DNA of 32,000 nt from Haloquadratum walsbyi C23 (GTDB lineage: Archaea > Halobacteriota > Halobacteria > Halobacteriales > Haloferacaceae): contig NC_017457.1 in the NCBI RefSeq assembly GCF_000237865.1, positions 60,001 to 92,000 of the forward strand, given 5' to 3'. Position 1 is the stretch's first letter; every line of letters starts with the position of its first letter. Positions 7,822-17,027 of the stretch are shown one piece after another. A program made the position numbers and the translations under genes. Under the pieces are notes generated by a model. The model was not told where the DNA came from and ran no database searches. It was given only the letters and a program-made list of their open reading frames with translations.

Positions 7822-9088
7822 CGACGCCGCACTGGACGAGTTTGGTGTAGGCTCAGAGGGTTCAAACAAGTCGGATACGGCTGTAAAAAGCAAGCAGAAA
7901 ACTGATGATTTACAAGCGCTGGAAGCATCACCAATTGAAGACTGGGAGTTGCTAAGGTTGGGTGATGTTCTGTCATTTGAGTATGGAGATAATCTGCCTG
8001 CGGATACACGAGAAGATGGTGAGATCCCTGTATACGGGTCTAACGGACAAGTAGATACCCACACAGAGGCAAATGTTGATACAGCAGGGATTATCATCGG
8101 GAGAAAGGGTTCTATCGGCAAAGGAGAATTCAGTATTAATCCGTTCTGGGCGATAGACACAACATATTATATAAGTGACAATGAAACAAGCGAAAATCTA
8201 CGATTCGTATATTACTTGTTACAGAATATGAAGCTTGAGAGGCTAAACGCCGCCTCAGCTATCCCTGGTCTAAATCGTAATGATGCTTATAATTTAAATA
8301 CGCTTATTCCACCGCTTTCAGAACAGCAGAAGATTGCTACCGTCCTCCGCACCGTTGACCAAGCGATTCAGAAGACTGAGGAGATCATAGAGCAAACTCG
8401 ACGAGCAAAAACAGGTATACAGCAAGAGTTGTTTACGCAAGGATACTATGACCACAGGTTTTTTGTGGAGACAAGAGTTGGCGAGTTACCAGAATCGTGG
8501 CGGTTAGAAAAAATAAAAAACCATACTGAACTTGTCTCTGGTGCTCACGTGAAATCGGAGTTAGTCTCTGATGATAGTTCTCTCACGCCGTATCTTACTG
8601 GGCCTGAAGACTTCGATGAACTTGGGTTTACAATGACCAAGTATACCGATGAGCCAACAAAATTCTGTAAAGAAGGAGACACACTTGTCACTGTCAAGGG
8701 TTCTGGGTGTGGAAAATCTACGTTCGCAGACCGACGTGCCTGTATTAGCAGACAACTCAAAGCACTACGACCGAATGGTAAACTGGAAGAACTCTACTTA
8801 TTTTACTTTGTTGAGACCAAGCAGAAACTTTTGAAAAGCCTTGCAGAGGGTTCTGCGATTCCAGGGTTGTCCAACTCCCATCTAACGGCTTTGGATATTC
8901 CGATTCCAAGTATAGAGGAGCAACGCAAAGTGGGTGAGGTCTTGAAAAAATACGACGACAGGATTGTCTATGAAAAAAAGTATAAGTCTCAACTCCAGCG
9001 TCTCAAACACGGTTTGATGCAAGACCTCCTCTCAGGCGACGTCCGAACAGCCGACGTTGATATAGAGATTCCACAGGAGGTCGCATAG
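7814..9088 (+). CDS. hsdS: type I R-M specificity subunit (first of two)
   Basis: 424 aa with two variable target-recognition regions separated by conserved helices (PPLSEQQKIATVLRTVDQAIQKTEEIIEQT and IPSIEEQRKVGEVLKKYDDRI...QLQRLKHGLMQDLLSG), the standard HsdS architecture. Confidence 0.9.
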   Translation: MSDDAALDEFGVGSEGSNKSDTAVKSKQKTDDLQALEASPIEDWELLRLGDVLSFEYGDNLPADTREDGEIPVYGSNGQVDTHTEANVDTAGIIIGRKGSIGKGEFSINPFWAIDTTYYISDNETSENLRFVYYLLQNMKLERLNAASAIPGLNRNDAYNLNTLIPPLSEQQKIATVLRTVDQAIQKTEEIIEQTRRAKTGIQQELFTQGYYDHRFFVETRVGELPESWRLEKIKNHTELVSGAHVKSELVSDDSSLTPYLTGPEDFDELGFTMTKYTDEPTKFCKEGDTLVTVKGSGCGKSTFADRRACISRQLKALRPNGKLEELYLFYFVETKQKLLKSLAEGSAIPGLSNSHLTALDIPIPSIEEQRKVGEVLKKYDDRIVYEKKYKSQLQRLKHGLMQDLLSGDVRTADVDIEIPQEVA

Positions 9089-9089
9089 T

Positions 9090-9362
9090 ATGGGTAGTGT
9101 CATATCTAAAGGCTGGGTCAATCATCTCACTATGAAGTGTTGGGAATGGACTGTAGTAGAGCGGGTAAGTCGGACAGTCAGGATGGAAGAGATCCGCGAA
9201 AACGACTACAATCTGAATATCGATTTATACGTCGATACGACCAAACCAGAGGAAGATATTGACGTACAGGAGGAACTGGCGGAACTACGCGAGTTGCAGG
9301 CAGAACGAGACGAGATTGAAGCGAAGATGACCCAGCATATGGAGGCTCTGAATTATGAGTGA
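9090..9362 (+). pseudogene. remnant of the 3' end of a second hsdM gene
   Basis: The last 71 aa of this 90-aa ORF (WTVVERVSRTVRMEEIRENDYNLNIDLYVDTTKPEEDIDV...MTQHMEALNYE) match the last 71 aa of HsdM (WTTEERVSRTVGMDEIRENDYNLNIALYVDTTEPEEDIDV...MTQHMEALKYE). By my hand count, 58 of 71 residues are identical. It carries no methyltransferase motifs. It ends in the same ATGAGTGA overlap with the following hsdS. Confidence 0.8.
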
Positions 9363-10710
9363 GGACATTACGCTGGATAAGTTCACAGAGGCTACCGCCT
9401 CTCAAGAGCGACAGGAGACACCAATAGGTGAGCTCCCAGTTGACTGGGACGTAGAGTGGTTGAAAGACGCAGTTGGGATTAATCCTGATGGTTTCTCTGA
9501 GGATGACTGGTCATCAGAGACATTTGAGTATATCTCGCTCTCAGAGGCATCTAATGGCGAAATAGAAAACAGTAAGACAATTCCTATCACGGACGCTCCA
9601 AGTCGGGCACAAAGAACAGTTCAGCAGGGTGATGTACTTGTGGGGACTGTCCGTCCAAAACAGAAAAGCCACGGGTTTGTCAGTGAGGAACACGCTGGGA
9701 AAATCTGTTCTTCTGGCTTTGGTGTCTTGCGAACTGAAACCCATTTTAACTCCCGCTATCTTCTTCAAGAAATCCTCTCAAACCGATTTTTTTCCCAGAT
9801 GGAGGCATATGTTGCAGGTTCAGGCTACCCTGCTGTCAAAATCAGTGACCTGAAGAAGCATCGAATTTCCATCCCACCTCTTGTGGAACAGAGGAAAATC
9901 GCAACCGTCCTCCACACCATCGACCAAGCGATTCAGAAGACCGAGGAAATTATCCAGGGGCTCCAAACGGCTCGTAAAGGACTTACTCAACAGTTATTGC
10001 GTTCTGGTTTTGAGGACGAAGCCAATTTAGTAAGCACCCGTTCTGGTCCTATCTCATTTGAGATCCCTTCTCATTGGAATGTTGTGACGATTGATAATAT
10101 TACTGACAATATATATCGGTATCCAACCTATCAAAATATTGATTACGTAGATGAAGGTGTTCCAGAGGTGAGAATTGGTATGTTAGACGGGGAGGGTTAT
10201 ATCGAACGAGGTGATGAAAAGTACATCTCTGAATCAACCTCAGAAGAATATCCCCGTACACAACTTGAACACGGTGATACGGTGATGGCTGTAAGGGGCG
10301 CTACGTTAGGAAAGACCGCCTCTGTTCCAGAGTGGTTAGATGGGGGCAATATTAATCCGAACCTAATTCGTATTTGCTCAAATGATGAGGTCTTAGATAG
10401 GTATCTCACGGAACTTTTCCTGAGTGGTCTGGTTCAAAGGCAAATAGAAGCTTTCTCTCAGCAAACAACGGTGAAAACAATCAAATCTGGAGACATTCGT
10501 AGAATTGCCGCCCCTATTCCGCCTGTAACTGAGCAAGAAAGAATAATGGATATACTATCTTCGTTTTCATCTCGTATTCAAAACGACGATTCGTATCTTT
10601 CCCGTCTCCAGCGTCTCAAGAGCGGTCTAATGCAAGACCTTCTCTCAGGTAAAGTCCGAACAACTAATACTAACATAGAAATTCCAGAAGAAGTCATCAC
10701 ATATGGTTAG
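9355..10710 (+). CDS. hsdS: type I R-M specificity subunit (second, different target-recognition domains)
   Basis: 451 aa. The conserved spacer helices are shared with the first HsdS (PPLVEQRKIATVLHTIDQAIQKTEEIIQG; RLQRLKSGLMQDLLSGKVRT), but both variable regions are unrelated to it. The stop overlaps the hsdR start. Confidence 0.9.
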   Translation: MSEDITLDKFTEATASQERQETPIGELPVDWDVEWLKDAVGINPDGFSEDDWSSETFEYISLSEASNGEIENSKTIPITDAPSRAQRTVQQGDVLVGTVRPKQKSHGFVSEEHAGKICSSGFGVLRTETHFNSRYLLQEILSNRFFSQMEAYVAGSGYPAVKISDLKKHRISIPPLVEQRKIATVLHTIDQAIQKTEEIIQGLQTARKGLTQQLLRSGFEDEANLVSTRSGPISFEIPSHWNVVTIDNITDNIYRYPTYQNIDYVDEGVPEVRIGMLDGEGYIERGDEKYISESTSEEYPRTQLEHGDTVMAVRGATLGKTASVPEWLDGGNINPNLIRICSNDEVLDRYLTELFLSGLVQRQIEAFSQQTTVKTIKSGDIRRIAAPIPPVTEQERIMDILSSFSSRIQNDDSYLSRLQRLKSGLMQDLLSGKVRTTNTNIEIPEEVITYG

Positions 10711-13675
10711 TATCCCATCCGAGCAGGGCGTTGAACGCTCGTATCTCTCGTGGCTTGACGGGTTAGGATGGGAAGTCCACGGACAAGATGGAAGTCGAGG
10801 AGCGAATGTCCTTGATGTAGAGTACGAACGTCGAAGCAATGAGGTTATTTACTGGAATTTACTGGCTGAACAGCTCATCGTGATCAATGACTCCCTCACA
10901 GAGGATAATGTCGAGAAGTTCGTTTCCTCGCTCAGACGTGATCTTGACGCTGAGAACTTGATGGACGGGAATGAAGCGTTCTATGAGTTACTGACCAAGG
11001 GAAAGACATTCTCAGTCAAGCAGAATGGGAGTGCCAGCAGGACGGTCTATATTGACCTGATTGACTACGAGAACCCAGAGAACAATCGCTTCCACGCTGT
11101 TAATCAGTTCTCTGTCTCCCGTGAAACGACGATCCGTCCCGACGTGAACCTCCTTGTCAACGGGATTCCGCTGGTGACGATGGAACTCAAGAGTGTCGCA
11201 CAGGACAACGACTGGCACAACGCTGTGAGCGACCTCCAAGCGTACGAAGATGATGTACCTCGACTGTTCGTCCCGACGCTATTCAACGTCGCCGCCGATA
11301 CGATGGAGTTCCGATACGGGGCAGTCGGAGCGTCCAAGGAGTTCTATGAGCCGTGGAATGATGCTCCCGAGCAGTACACAGATGACGGCGACGCAAAGCA
11401 GGCGATACAGGCACTCTGTAACCCGCAGACGATTCTCGATATTCTCAAGAACTTCGTGTTTTACGAGCGACGAGCAGGTGGGAATGCCAAAATTATTCCA
11501 CGGCATATGCAGTACTACGCTGTCAATCGGATGCTGGAGCGGGTTGACCGAGACGAACACGACCGAGGGCTCATCTGGCACACCCAAGGATCGGGCAAGT
11601 CATTCACGATGCTGTATGCGGCAGAGAATCTACTAGAGCGGGCTGTTGCTCGTAACCCGCAGGTGTTCATCATCGTCGATACGGACAAGCTGAATAGTCA
11701 AATGCGAGACCAACTGGCGAATCTCTCGCTGGGAGCGTGGACGGAAGCAGAGAGCATCGACCATCTACAGGAACTTATCGAACAGGGTCAGAGCGAGCTC
11801 ATTCTTACGACCATCCAGAAGTTCCAAGATGTTGACCCAGACAGTCAGGGGAACGACGAAGTCATCGTGATGTCCGATGAGGCTCACCGATTTATGGAAG
11901 CTGACCTTGGGAGTCGATTGGATGCCGCACTGCCAAGCTGCACTCACTTCGGCTTTACTGGTACGCCTGTCCGTGAGGGTGAACAGCACAAAGACCGCAA
12001 CACCTTCCGTGAGTTTTCACCAGAGGGCGAAGATTATATCCACCGCTATTCGGTCAAACAGGGGATTGACGACGAGCTGATTCTCCCTGTGTACTTCACG
12101 CTCCGCCACGAGATGGAGTGGCAGATTGATGAGTCGGGGCTTGATGAAGAGTTTGAACGGCAGTTCCGCGGACTGAGTTCGGATGAGAAGCGGGAACTCA
12201 TCCGTGACAACGTAACTGCGAGGATGTTGGCGGAGATTGAGCCACGAGTACAGAAAGCGGTTGAAGAAATCGACCAGCATTATGAGGAGTCTGTTTCTCC
12301 GAACAACTGGAAGGGAATGGTTGTCACCCCAAGCCGTCGGTCGGCAGCGATGTACGGTGAACGGCTCGTAGAACGGCGAGGTAAAGACGAGGTCGAGGTT
12401 CTATACACCTCGAACAAGGACGACCCAGACCTCATCCAGCAGTTCCATACGGACTCTGAGGAACGTGATTCGATAGTTAACGAGTTCAAAGACGAGGACA
12501 ATCCAAAACTATTGATTGTCCACAATATGCTTCTGACGGGATTTGACGCTCCGATTCTGAAGACGATCTATCTTGACCGTAACCTGAAGAATCATAATCT
12601 GATGCAGGCAATCGCTCGAACGAACCGCCCTGCAAGTGGGAAGGAAAATGGTGAGATTGTCGATTTCCAAGGCGTCTTTGAGAATATCGACGAGGCTCTC
12701 GATTACGATACGGAGACGCAGTCGTACGCCGCTCGTGACAAAGATGAGCTGTTTGACGACCTCGTTGACCAGTTGGAAACGGTGATAGATATTTTCGAGG
12801 GGATTCCGAAAACAGACACGCAGGAAGCCACATCGGACGCAGTTGAGCAAGTGCTGACACACCCGACTCGCCGTGAGTTCAAGCAGGGATTCCGTCGGCT
12901 TCAAGATCTGTATGAGGCGGTCGCACCTGACAGTCGACTCGTCGAGAAGGACATCGAGAGGCGGTACAAGTGGCTGAGTCGGATTCACGTTGCGTTCAGG
13001 CGGACAACTAGCGGTGAAGATGACCCTGAAGAAGATATGCGAGAGAAGACCCGAGAGATAGTCAGTGAAAACGTCGCAATTGACACTGTGAAACGAGACT
13101 TTCCAACGTACAAACTCGGTGAGGACGTCTTAGAAGAAGTGGATGAGATAGATAATCCGTCTGTGAAAGCCTCCCAAATCGCCCACGCAACCCAGGAGCA
13201 TCTCAACCCACGAGAAAACCAGAATCCTCGATATAAGCGACTTAGCGAGCGGGTGACTGATGTTGTTGAGCGATGGCAAGGTGGCGATATAGCCGACCCT
13301 GACGCAGTTGAGGCGTTACAATCAGTCGAAGAGGAGATTCTGGAGGTTGAGGAAGAAGCTGAAGAGCAGGGAATGACCGATAGTGAGTTTGCTATCTACA
13401 CGCACCTTACCGAGGAAACGCCAGAAGCAATTGAGTCAGACGAGCAGGCAGAAGCCGTCGCTAACGAGATTATTGAGCAGTTCTACGACCGTGTTGATCA
13501 CGGGTTTGCTGGGTGGCAAACGAACCAGCAGACGATTGCTGAGATTGAACGCATCTTACTGGACGTGCTTGTGGTGGAGTATGATCTTGGAGACCTGATC
13601 GATGATGAGTTTGTGGACACGGTTCGAGAGTATCTGATACAGAACCACGAAGCGACAGTTGACCACTATGAGTGA
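10703..13675 (+). CDS. hsdR: type I R-M restriction/translocase subunit
   Basis: 990 aa with an N-terminal PD-(D/E)xK nuclease (RPDVNLLVNGIPLVTMELKS), Walker A (HTQGSGKSFTM), a DEAH box (VMSDEAHR) and helicase motif VI (QAIARTNR). Confidence 0.95.
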   Translation: MVSIPSEQGVERSYLSWLDGLGWEVHGQDGSRGANVLDVEYERRSNEVIYWNLLAEQLIVINDSLTEDNVEKFVSSLRRDLDAENLMDGNEAFYELLTKGKTFSVKQNGSASRTVYIDLIDYENPENNRFHAVNQFSVSRETTIRPDVNLLVNGIPLVTMELKSVAQDNDWHNAVSDLQAYEDDVPRLFVPTLFNVAADTMEFRYGAVGASKEFYEPWNDAPEQYTDDGDAKQAIQALCNPQTILDILKNFVFYERRAGGNAKIIPRHMQYYAVNRMLERVDRDEHDRGLIWHTQGSGKSFTMLYAAENLLERAVARNPQVFIIVDTDKLNSQMRDQLANLSLGAWTEAESIDHLQELIEQGQSELILTTIQKFQDVDPDSQGNDEVIVMSDEAHRFMEADLGSRLDAALPSCTHFGFTGTPVREGEQHKDRNTFREFSPEGEDYIHRYSVKQGIDDELILPVYFTLRHEMEWQIDESGLDEEFERQFRGLSSDEKRELIRDNVTARMLAEIEPRVQKAVEEIDQHYEESVSPNNWKGMVVTPSRRSAAMYGERLVERRGKDEVEVLYTSNKDDPDLIQQFHTDSEERDSIVNEFKDEDNPKLLIVHNMLLTGFDAPILKTIYLDRNLKNHNLMQAIARTNRPASGKENGEIVDFQGVFENIDEALDYDTETQSYAARDKDELFDDLVDQLETVIDIFEGIPKTDTQEATSDAVEQVLTHPTRREFKQGFRRLQDLYEAVAPDSRLVEKDIERRYKWLSRIHVAFRRTTSGEDDPEEDMREKTREIVSENVAIDTVKRDFPTYKLGEDVLEEVDEIDNPSVKASQIAHATQEHLNPRENQNPRYKRLSERVTDVVERWQGGDIADPDAVEALQSVEEEILEVEEEAEEQGMTDSEFAIYTHLTEETPEAIESDEQAEAVANEIIEQFYDRVDHGFAGWQTNQQTIAEIERILLDVLVVEYDLGDLIDDEFVDTVREYLIQNHEATVDHYE

Positions 13676-14390
13676 GGTACGATTACACGAGCTAGAATTG
13701 CTGGGTGAGAGCGTCGAGTACGAACTACGGCGGAGTGCAGAGGCGTCAGAGCCACGGATTGACGTCGATATTCACGGGGTGAGGGTAGTCGTCCCAGAGA
13801 CTGCTGATTTTCAGCCAACAGAGCTACTGAAACAGAATGCATCGTGGGTGCTGGAGAAACAGCGAGTGTATCAGAAGTATCGTGAGGAAGCCCCTGAGCG
13901 GACGTTTGAGGCTGGCGAGAGATTTCCGTTCCTCGGAGAAGAACACAAGTTGGTGGTTGAATCTCGGCAGTCTCACGCTGTGTCAGACCGGACGATTCAT
14001 CTGCGAGAGAGCGCTGTCGCACAGTCGTCACTCAAACAAGCACTACGGAATTTCTACCGAAGTCGGGCACGCAAACACTTCGTTGATCGTGCCGACCAGT
14101 ATGCTTCTCAGATGGGTGTTGAGTATAAGCAGATTGAGATTCGGAATCAGCGGACAAGGTGGGGGAGTTGTTCAACGTCAGGAACACTCGGACTCAACTG
14201 GCGGTTGATGATGGCTTCGCCTAACGTTATCGACTACATCCTTGTCCACGAGTTAGCACATCTCCGTGAGCCGAATCACACGCAAGCGTTCTGGGATTTT
14301 GTCGCAGAGTACGATCCTGACTACGTGGAACACGCCGAATGGCTTGAGGAAAACAGTACGCAACTCATCTTTTCTCAAGCCGACCTATGA
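13668..14390 (+). CDS. DUF45/YgjP-like zinc metallopeptidase (HExxH)
   Basis: RNQRTRWGSCSTSGTLGLNWRLMMASPNVIDYILVHELAHLREPNHTQAFWDFV is the DUF45 signature with an HELAH zinc motif. The track starts at a TTG (13659). I prefer ATG 13668, which forms an ATGAGTGA overlap with the hsdR stop. Confidence 0.85.
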   Translation: MSEVRLHELELLGESVEYELRRSAEASEPRIDVDIHGVRVVVPETADFQPTELLKQNASWVLEKQRVYQKYREEAPERTFEAGERFPFLGEEHKLVVESRQSHAVSDRTIHLRESAVAQSSLKQALRNFYRSRARKHFVDRADQYASQMGVEYKQIEIRNQRTRWGSCSTSGTLGLNWRLMMASPNVIDYILVHELAHLREPNHTQAFWDFVAEYDPDYVEHAEWLEENSTQLIFSQADL

Positions 14391-14939
14391 AACTGCAAGT
14401 TGCTCTATTTCCGCCGTTATATCCTTGATAGACGACGAGATCTGGTTGAGGTCAGTAAGCCCAGTGCAGACAACCTTCCCGCTGGCGAAAATCAGGAGGA
14501 CAGCATCTTGACCACGGTAAATTAGAGCAGGAAATTGCTCGGGTTCGTACTCGGCTTGCTCCAGTCCGAGTCCGATAGCAATTGCTTCTAACGACAGAGT
14601 CGAATCAACTTCTGCTGTTGCGACGATGTTCTTGATTTCGGCAGTAGGTTCGTATTCAAAGTTCAGTAACTCACGCATCAGCGTATTCACCCGCCTGACC
14701 ACCTCCTCGAAATGTGCTGGTGATGTCGCTCCCACAATCGAGCATTTGCCACTTCGGTAAAACGGCACGTAGGTGTCATCGGGGGCAAAGCGAGCTTGCA
14801 ACCAGTGGTTTTCAGATGGTTCGTAGGTGACAGAATTGACTTCGGATCGTTGTTCAAAGGTCTCAGCCAACGCCGATAACTCAAGCTCCTGCTGGTAGGT
14901 CAACATCCCAACGACGTTCGCAATCTCAAACTCTGCCAC
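14385..14939 (-). CDS. tbp: TATA-box binding protein paralogue (intact, two repeats)
   Basis: 184 aa. Repeat 1 reads FEIANVVGML...YRSGKCSIVGATS. Repeat 2 reads IKNIVATAEVDSTLSLEAIAIGLGLEQAEYEPEQFPALIYRGQDAVLLIFASGKVVCTG. It is convergent with the DUF45 gene, with a 6-nt 3' overlap. Confidence 0.9.
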   Translation of the reverse strand: MAEFEIANVVGMLTYQQELELSALAETFEQRSEVNSVTYEPSENHWLQARFAPDDTYVPFYRSGKCSIVGATSPAHFEEVVRRVNTLMRELLNFEYEPTAEIKNIVATAEVDSTLSLEAIAIGLGLEQAEYEPEQFPALIYRGQDAVLLIFASGKVVCTGLTDLNQISSSIKDITAEIEQLAVS

Positions 14940-15122
14940 TATAGAGTATTTCCCAGGTGAGAGTAAAAAGCCACGAGTTCCGAGCGGACTACTCTGTGAC
15001 TGATTGGAGTCTCACCAGTGCTGTTCTCTACGCTAAGTATTATATTGACTCTGCCAGAATAACTACAAGATTACTCAAGCACAGATTATCTTGGATGCCG
15101 ATCCGCACTCTGTTTTCCCTGC

Positions 15123-16199
15123 TCAAATATCATCATTTTCTCTGATAGAGATTTCGACACCACAGGCTTCTGCCATCCGCCCCAGTTCACGTTGTTTCTG
15201 ATCCCAGCTTAAGTTGACTTCAAGATAGTATTCCTGTTCTAGTTCACGTGCTTGCTTCATCTCCTTGTCGTTGTATGTTGGTTCGTCATTGACGATAGCA
15301 CGATTCTTCGCAGGGATGTATGGGAGTGGCTCAATCGCAGAGATAAGGTCGTGATTTTGGATGAGGTAGTTCACTATCGACGCCATCAGGTCGCTCTGGA
15401 CAGAATCTGTAAAGGTCTCAGCGACATCACCACTCTGAGAGATTTCGCCAGAATATGGCTGTGTTATCCTGTCCTCAGAGTCAGTTGATGAATCTTCATT
15501 ATCCAATCGACGTGGAGTGTCCGTATCAATCTCGGACTCGATATCGTTGACGAGCCTGTCAATCATCTCTTTCGCTTGCGTTTGTGCTTCCGATTCGATA
15601 GCGTCAGAAACGGTGTCAGTGAGCAAATCCACAACCGCTGTGGCTAATTCTTCTTTGTCATCTGTCAGCGTATCCCGAGATTTTCGTAACTTCCTGATGT
15701 GTTCGATAATCGCTATTGATTCTTCATTGTGTATCGTGCTAACTTGATACGCCTCAATGATACCCTTCTTGTCTGGAAGTTTCCGAAGTGTCGTCCGTTC
15801 AACCGCCTCGACTTTGAATTGTGAATCACTGTCACCGAGATATCGGTAGTAGAACTCATACTCCTGTCCGTTGGTGAGAATACCCAATCTGACATTCTCA
15901 CTCTGGAGATATGCACTCAGTTGCTCTCGATGCTTGGAGGTGAGCGTTTTACCCAGTCCCTTTGCTTCGAGAAATGCCACGGGTTGTCCGCCGAGTATAA
16001 GAGCATAATCGACTTTGAATGTTTTACTGAATGCCTTCACCGAGTACTCTAGTTCGGTGTTAGCTGGGATCTCCCAGCCAAGAAGTTCGATGAAATCGTT
16101 TAGTATAGACGCTTTCGTAGTTGCTTCCTGCATCTGCGGTGAATCCTCGATGATGGGTTGAGCAGACTCAACGTAGTCCCGAATCGATGCTGTGTCCAT
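15123..16199 (-). CDS. orphan HsdR_N/Mrr-like PD-(D/E)xK domain protein with acidic coiled middle and unknown C-terminal domain
   Basis: ILNDFIELLGWEIPANTELEYSV...FKVDYALILGGQPVAFLEAKGLGKTL...REQLSAYLQSENVRLGILTNGQEYEFYY matches the N-terminal nuclease-like domain of type I HsdR (D...EAK core, then the TNG..Y.F strand). It has no helicase motifs. The track starts at 16271; I prefer the internal ATG at 16199 (MDTASIRDY). Confidence 0.7.
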   Translation of the reverse strand: MDTASIRDYVESAQPIIEDSPQMQEATTKASILNDFIELLGWEIPANTELEYSVKAFSKTFKVDYALILGGQPVAFLEAKGLGKTLTSKHREQLSAYLQSENVRLGILTNGQEYEFYYRYLGDSDSQFKVEAVERTTLRKLPDKKGIIEAYQVSTIHNEESIAIIEHIRKLRKSRDTLTDDKEELATAVVDLLTDTVSDAIESEAQTQAKEMIDRLVNDIESEIDTDTPRRLDNEDSSTDSEDRITQPYSGEISQSGDVAETFTDSVQSDLMASIVNYLIQNHDLISAIEPLPYIPAKNRAIVNDEPTYNDKEMKQARELEQEYYLEVNLSWDQKQRELGRMAEACGVEISIRENDDI

Positions 16200-16501
16200 T
16201 CTTACAAGTGATCTTCTCTCGTGTGATTCAAAGAAATGTGGGCAAAGACTCAGTAACCCTCCATTCGTCATTGGTCTCCTTGTCTGTAGTTACTCGTACT
16301 GACGCTCTTACTTCGTCTACGTGGGCGGTAGCTCACTCGCAGAACCTGTTTATTTCGCCCTGAGGTGATGTCAGTTCAGGGCGGAGGACTAGTTACCAAT
16401 GGGCTTCCACGGTGGTGGTATCACTTCGGTGATTCTTAAAATGATGATAAATATCGTCGACTCTTCTTGTAGATGAAAAAATCCTAATACAGACAAGAAT
16501 T

Positions 16502-16567
16502 ATGTATTAAATTTTATTCTACCTTATGTAACAATCTGATTCTGATATACTCTAATGTTACATAAGG
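16502..16567 (+). repeat. copy 2 of the ~65-bp element: ATGTATTAAATTTTATTCTA, then CCTTATGTAACA, 22 nt, TGTTACATAAGG
   Basis: Perfect 12-bp arms at 16522-16533 and 16556-16567 with a 22-nt spacer. It has the same orientation and the same upstream AT-rich box as copy 1. Confidence 0.9.
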
Positions 16568-17027
16568 CACAGCCGGTCGGTCTCGCAGAAACAGTGGTCT
16601 TCATAACGAGCGTGTTCCAACAAGACATCTATTCGACGGTTGCCAAGATTGTGATGCCACAGTCACAAACCAGACAGTTGACCCAAAGGGATCGAATCTG
16701 AATCAAAGCTCCTTCTGTGAAATAATGCAAGCGATGCTGGACTGATTAGCAGGCTTCAAGGAGGAGATTATGCTTGGTATTGGGACAGGTGATGCTCGTG
16801 GTGCGTATGAGAGCTAAAAAACGAACCGTGATTCGGATGATTGAGACTGACGAACTGGGGGAAATCGACACAGATATATCAGCGCTCAGCAGATACTCAT
16901 TCAGTCCTGTCTTGTTGAGGCTCCCAATTACAACAAAAGGGGCTGGTCCGAGGGTTTTCAGTATTCGCCCTCGAACAACTTCAATTCTCAATAGTGATAA
17001 CCACATCAATTTTTTGTCATTGACAAT

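Noticed and set aside
6308-8160. Nested and antisense ORFs inside hsdM and hsdS (for example 6346-6711 minus, 7753-8160 minus)
   Set aside because: They overlap genes with unambiguous HsdM and HsdS motifs. They are Ser/Arg/Cys-rich shadow frames.
11012-13598. Many 67-159-aa ORFs inside hsdR on both strands (for example 12509-12988 minus, 159 aa)
   Set aside because: They are embedded in a 990-aa ORF with complete HsdR motifs. Long antisense frames are expected in such a long gene, and none carries a motif.
16322-16345. GGGCGGTAGCTCA, resembling the 5' acceptor and D-arm of a tRNA (possible att remnant). A nearby 8-bp hairpin CGCCCTGA...TCAGGGCG lies at about 16356-16383.
   Set aside because: Only about 13 nt resemble a tRNA. 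There is no D-loop continuation, anticodon arm or T-arm, and a match of this length is expected by chance in 32 kb.
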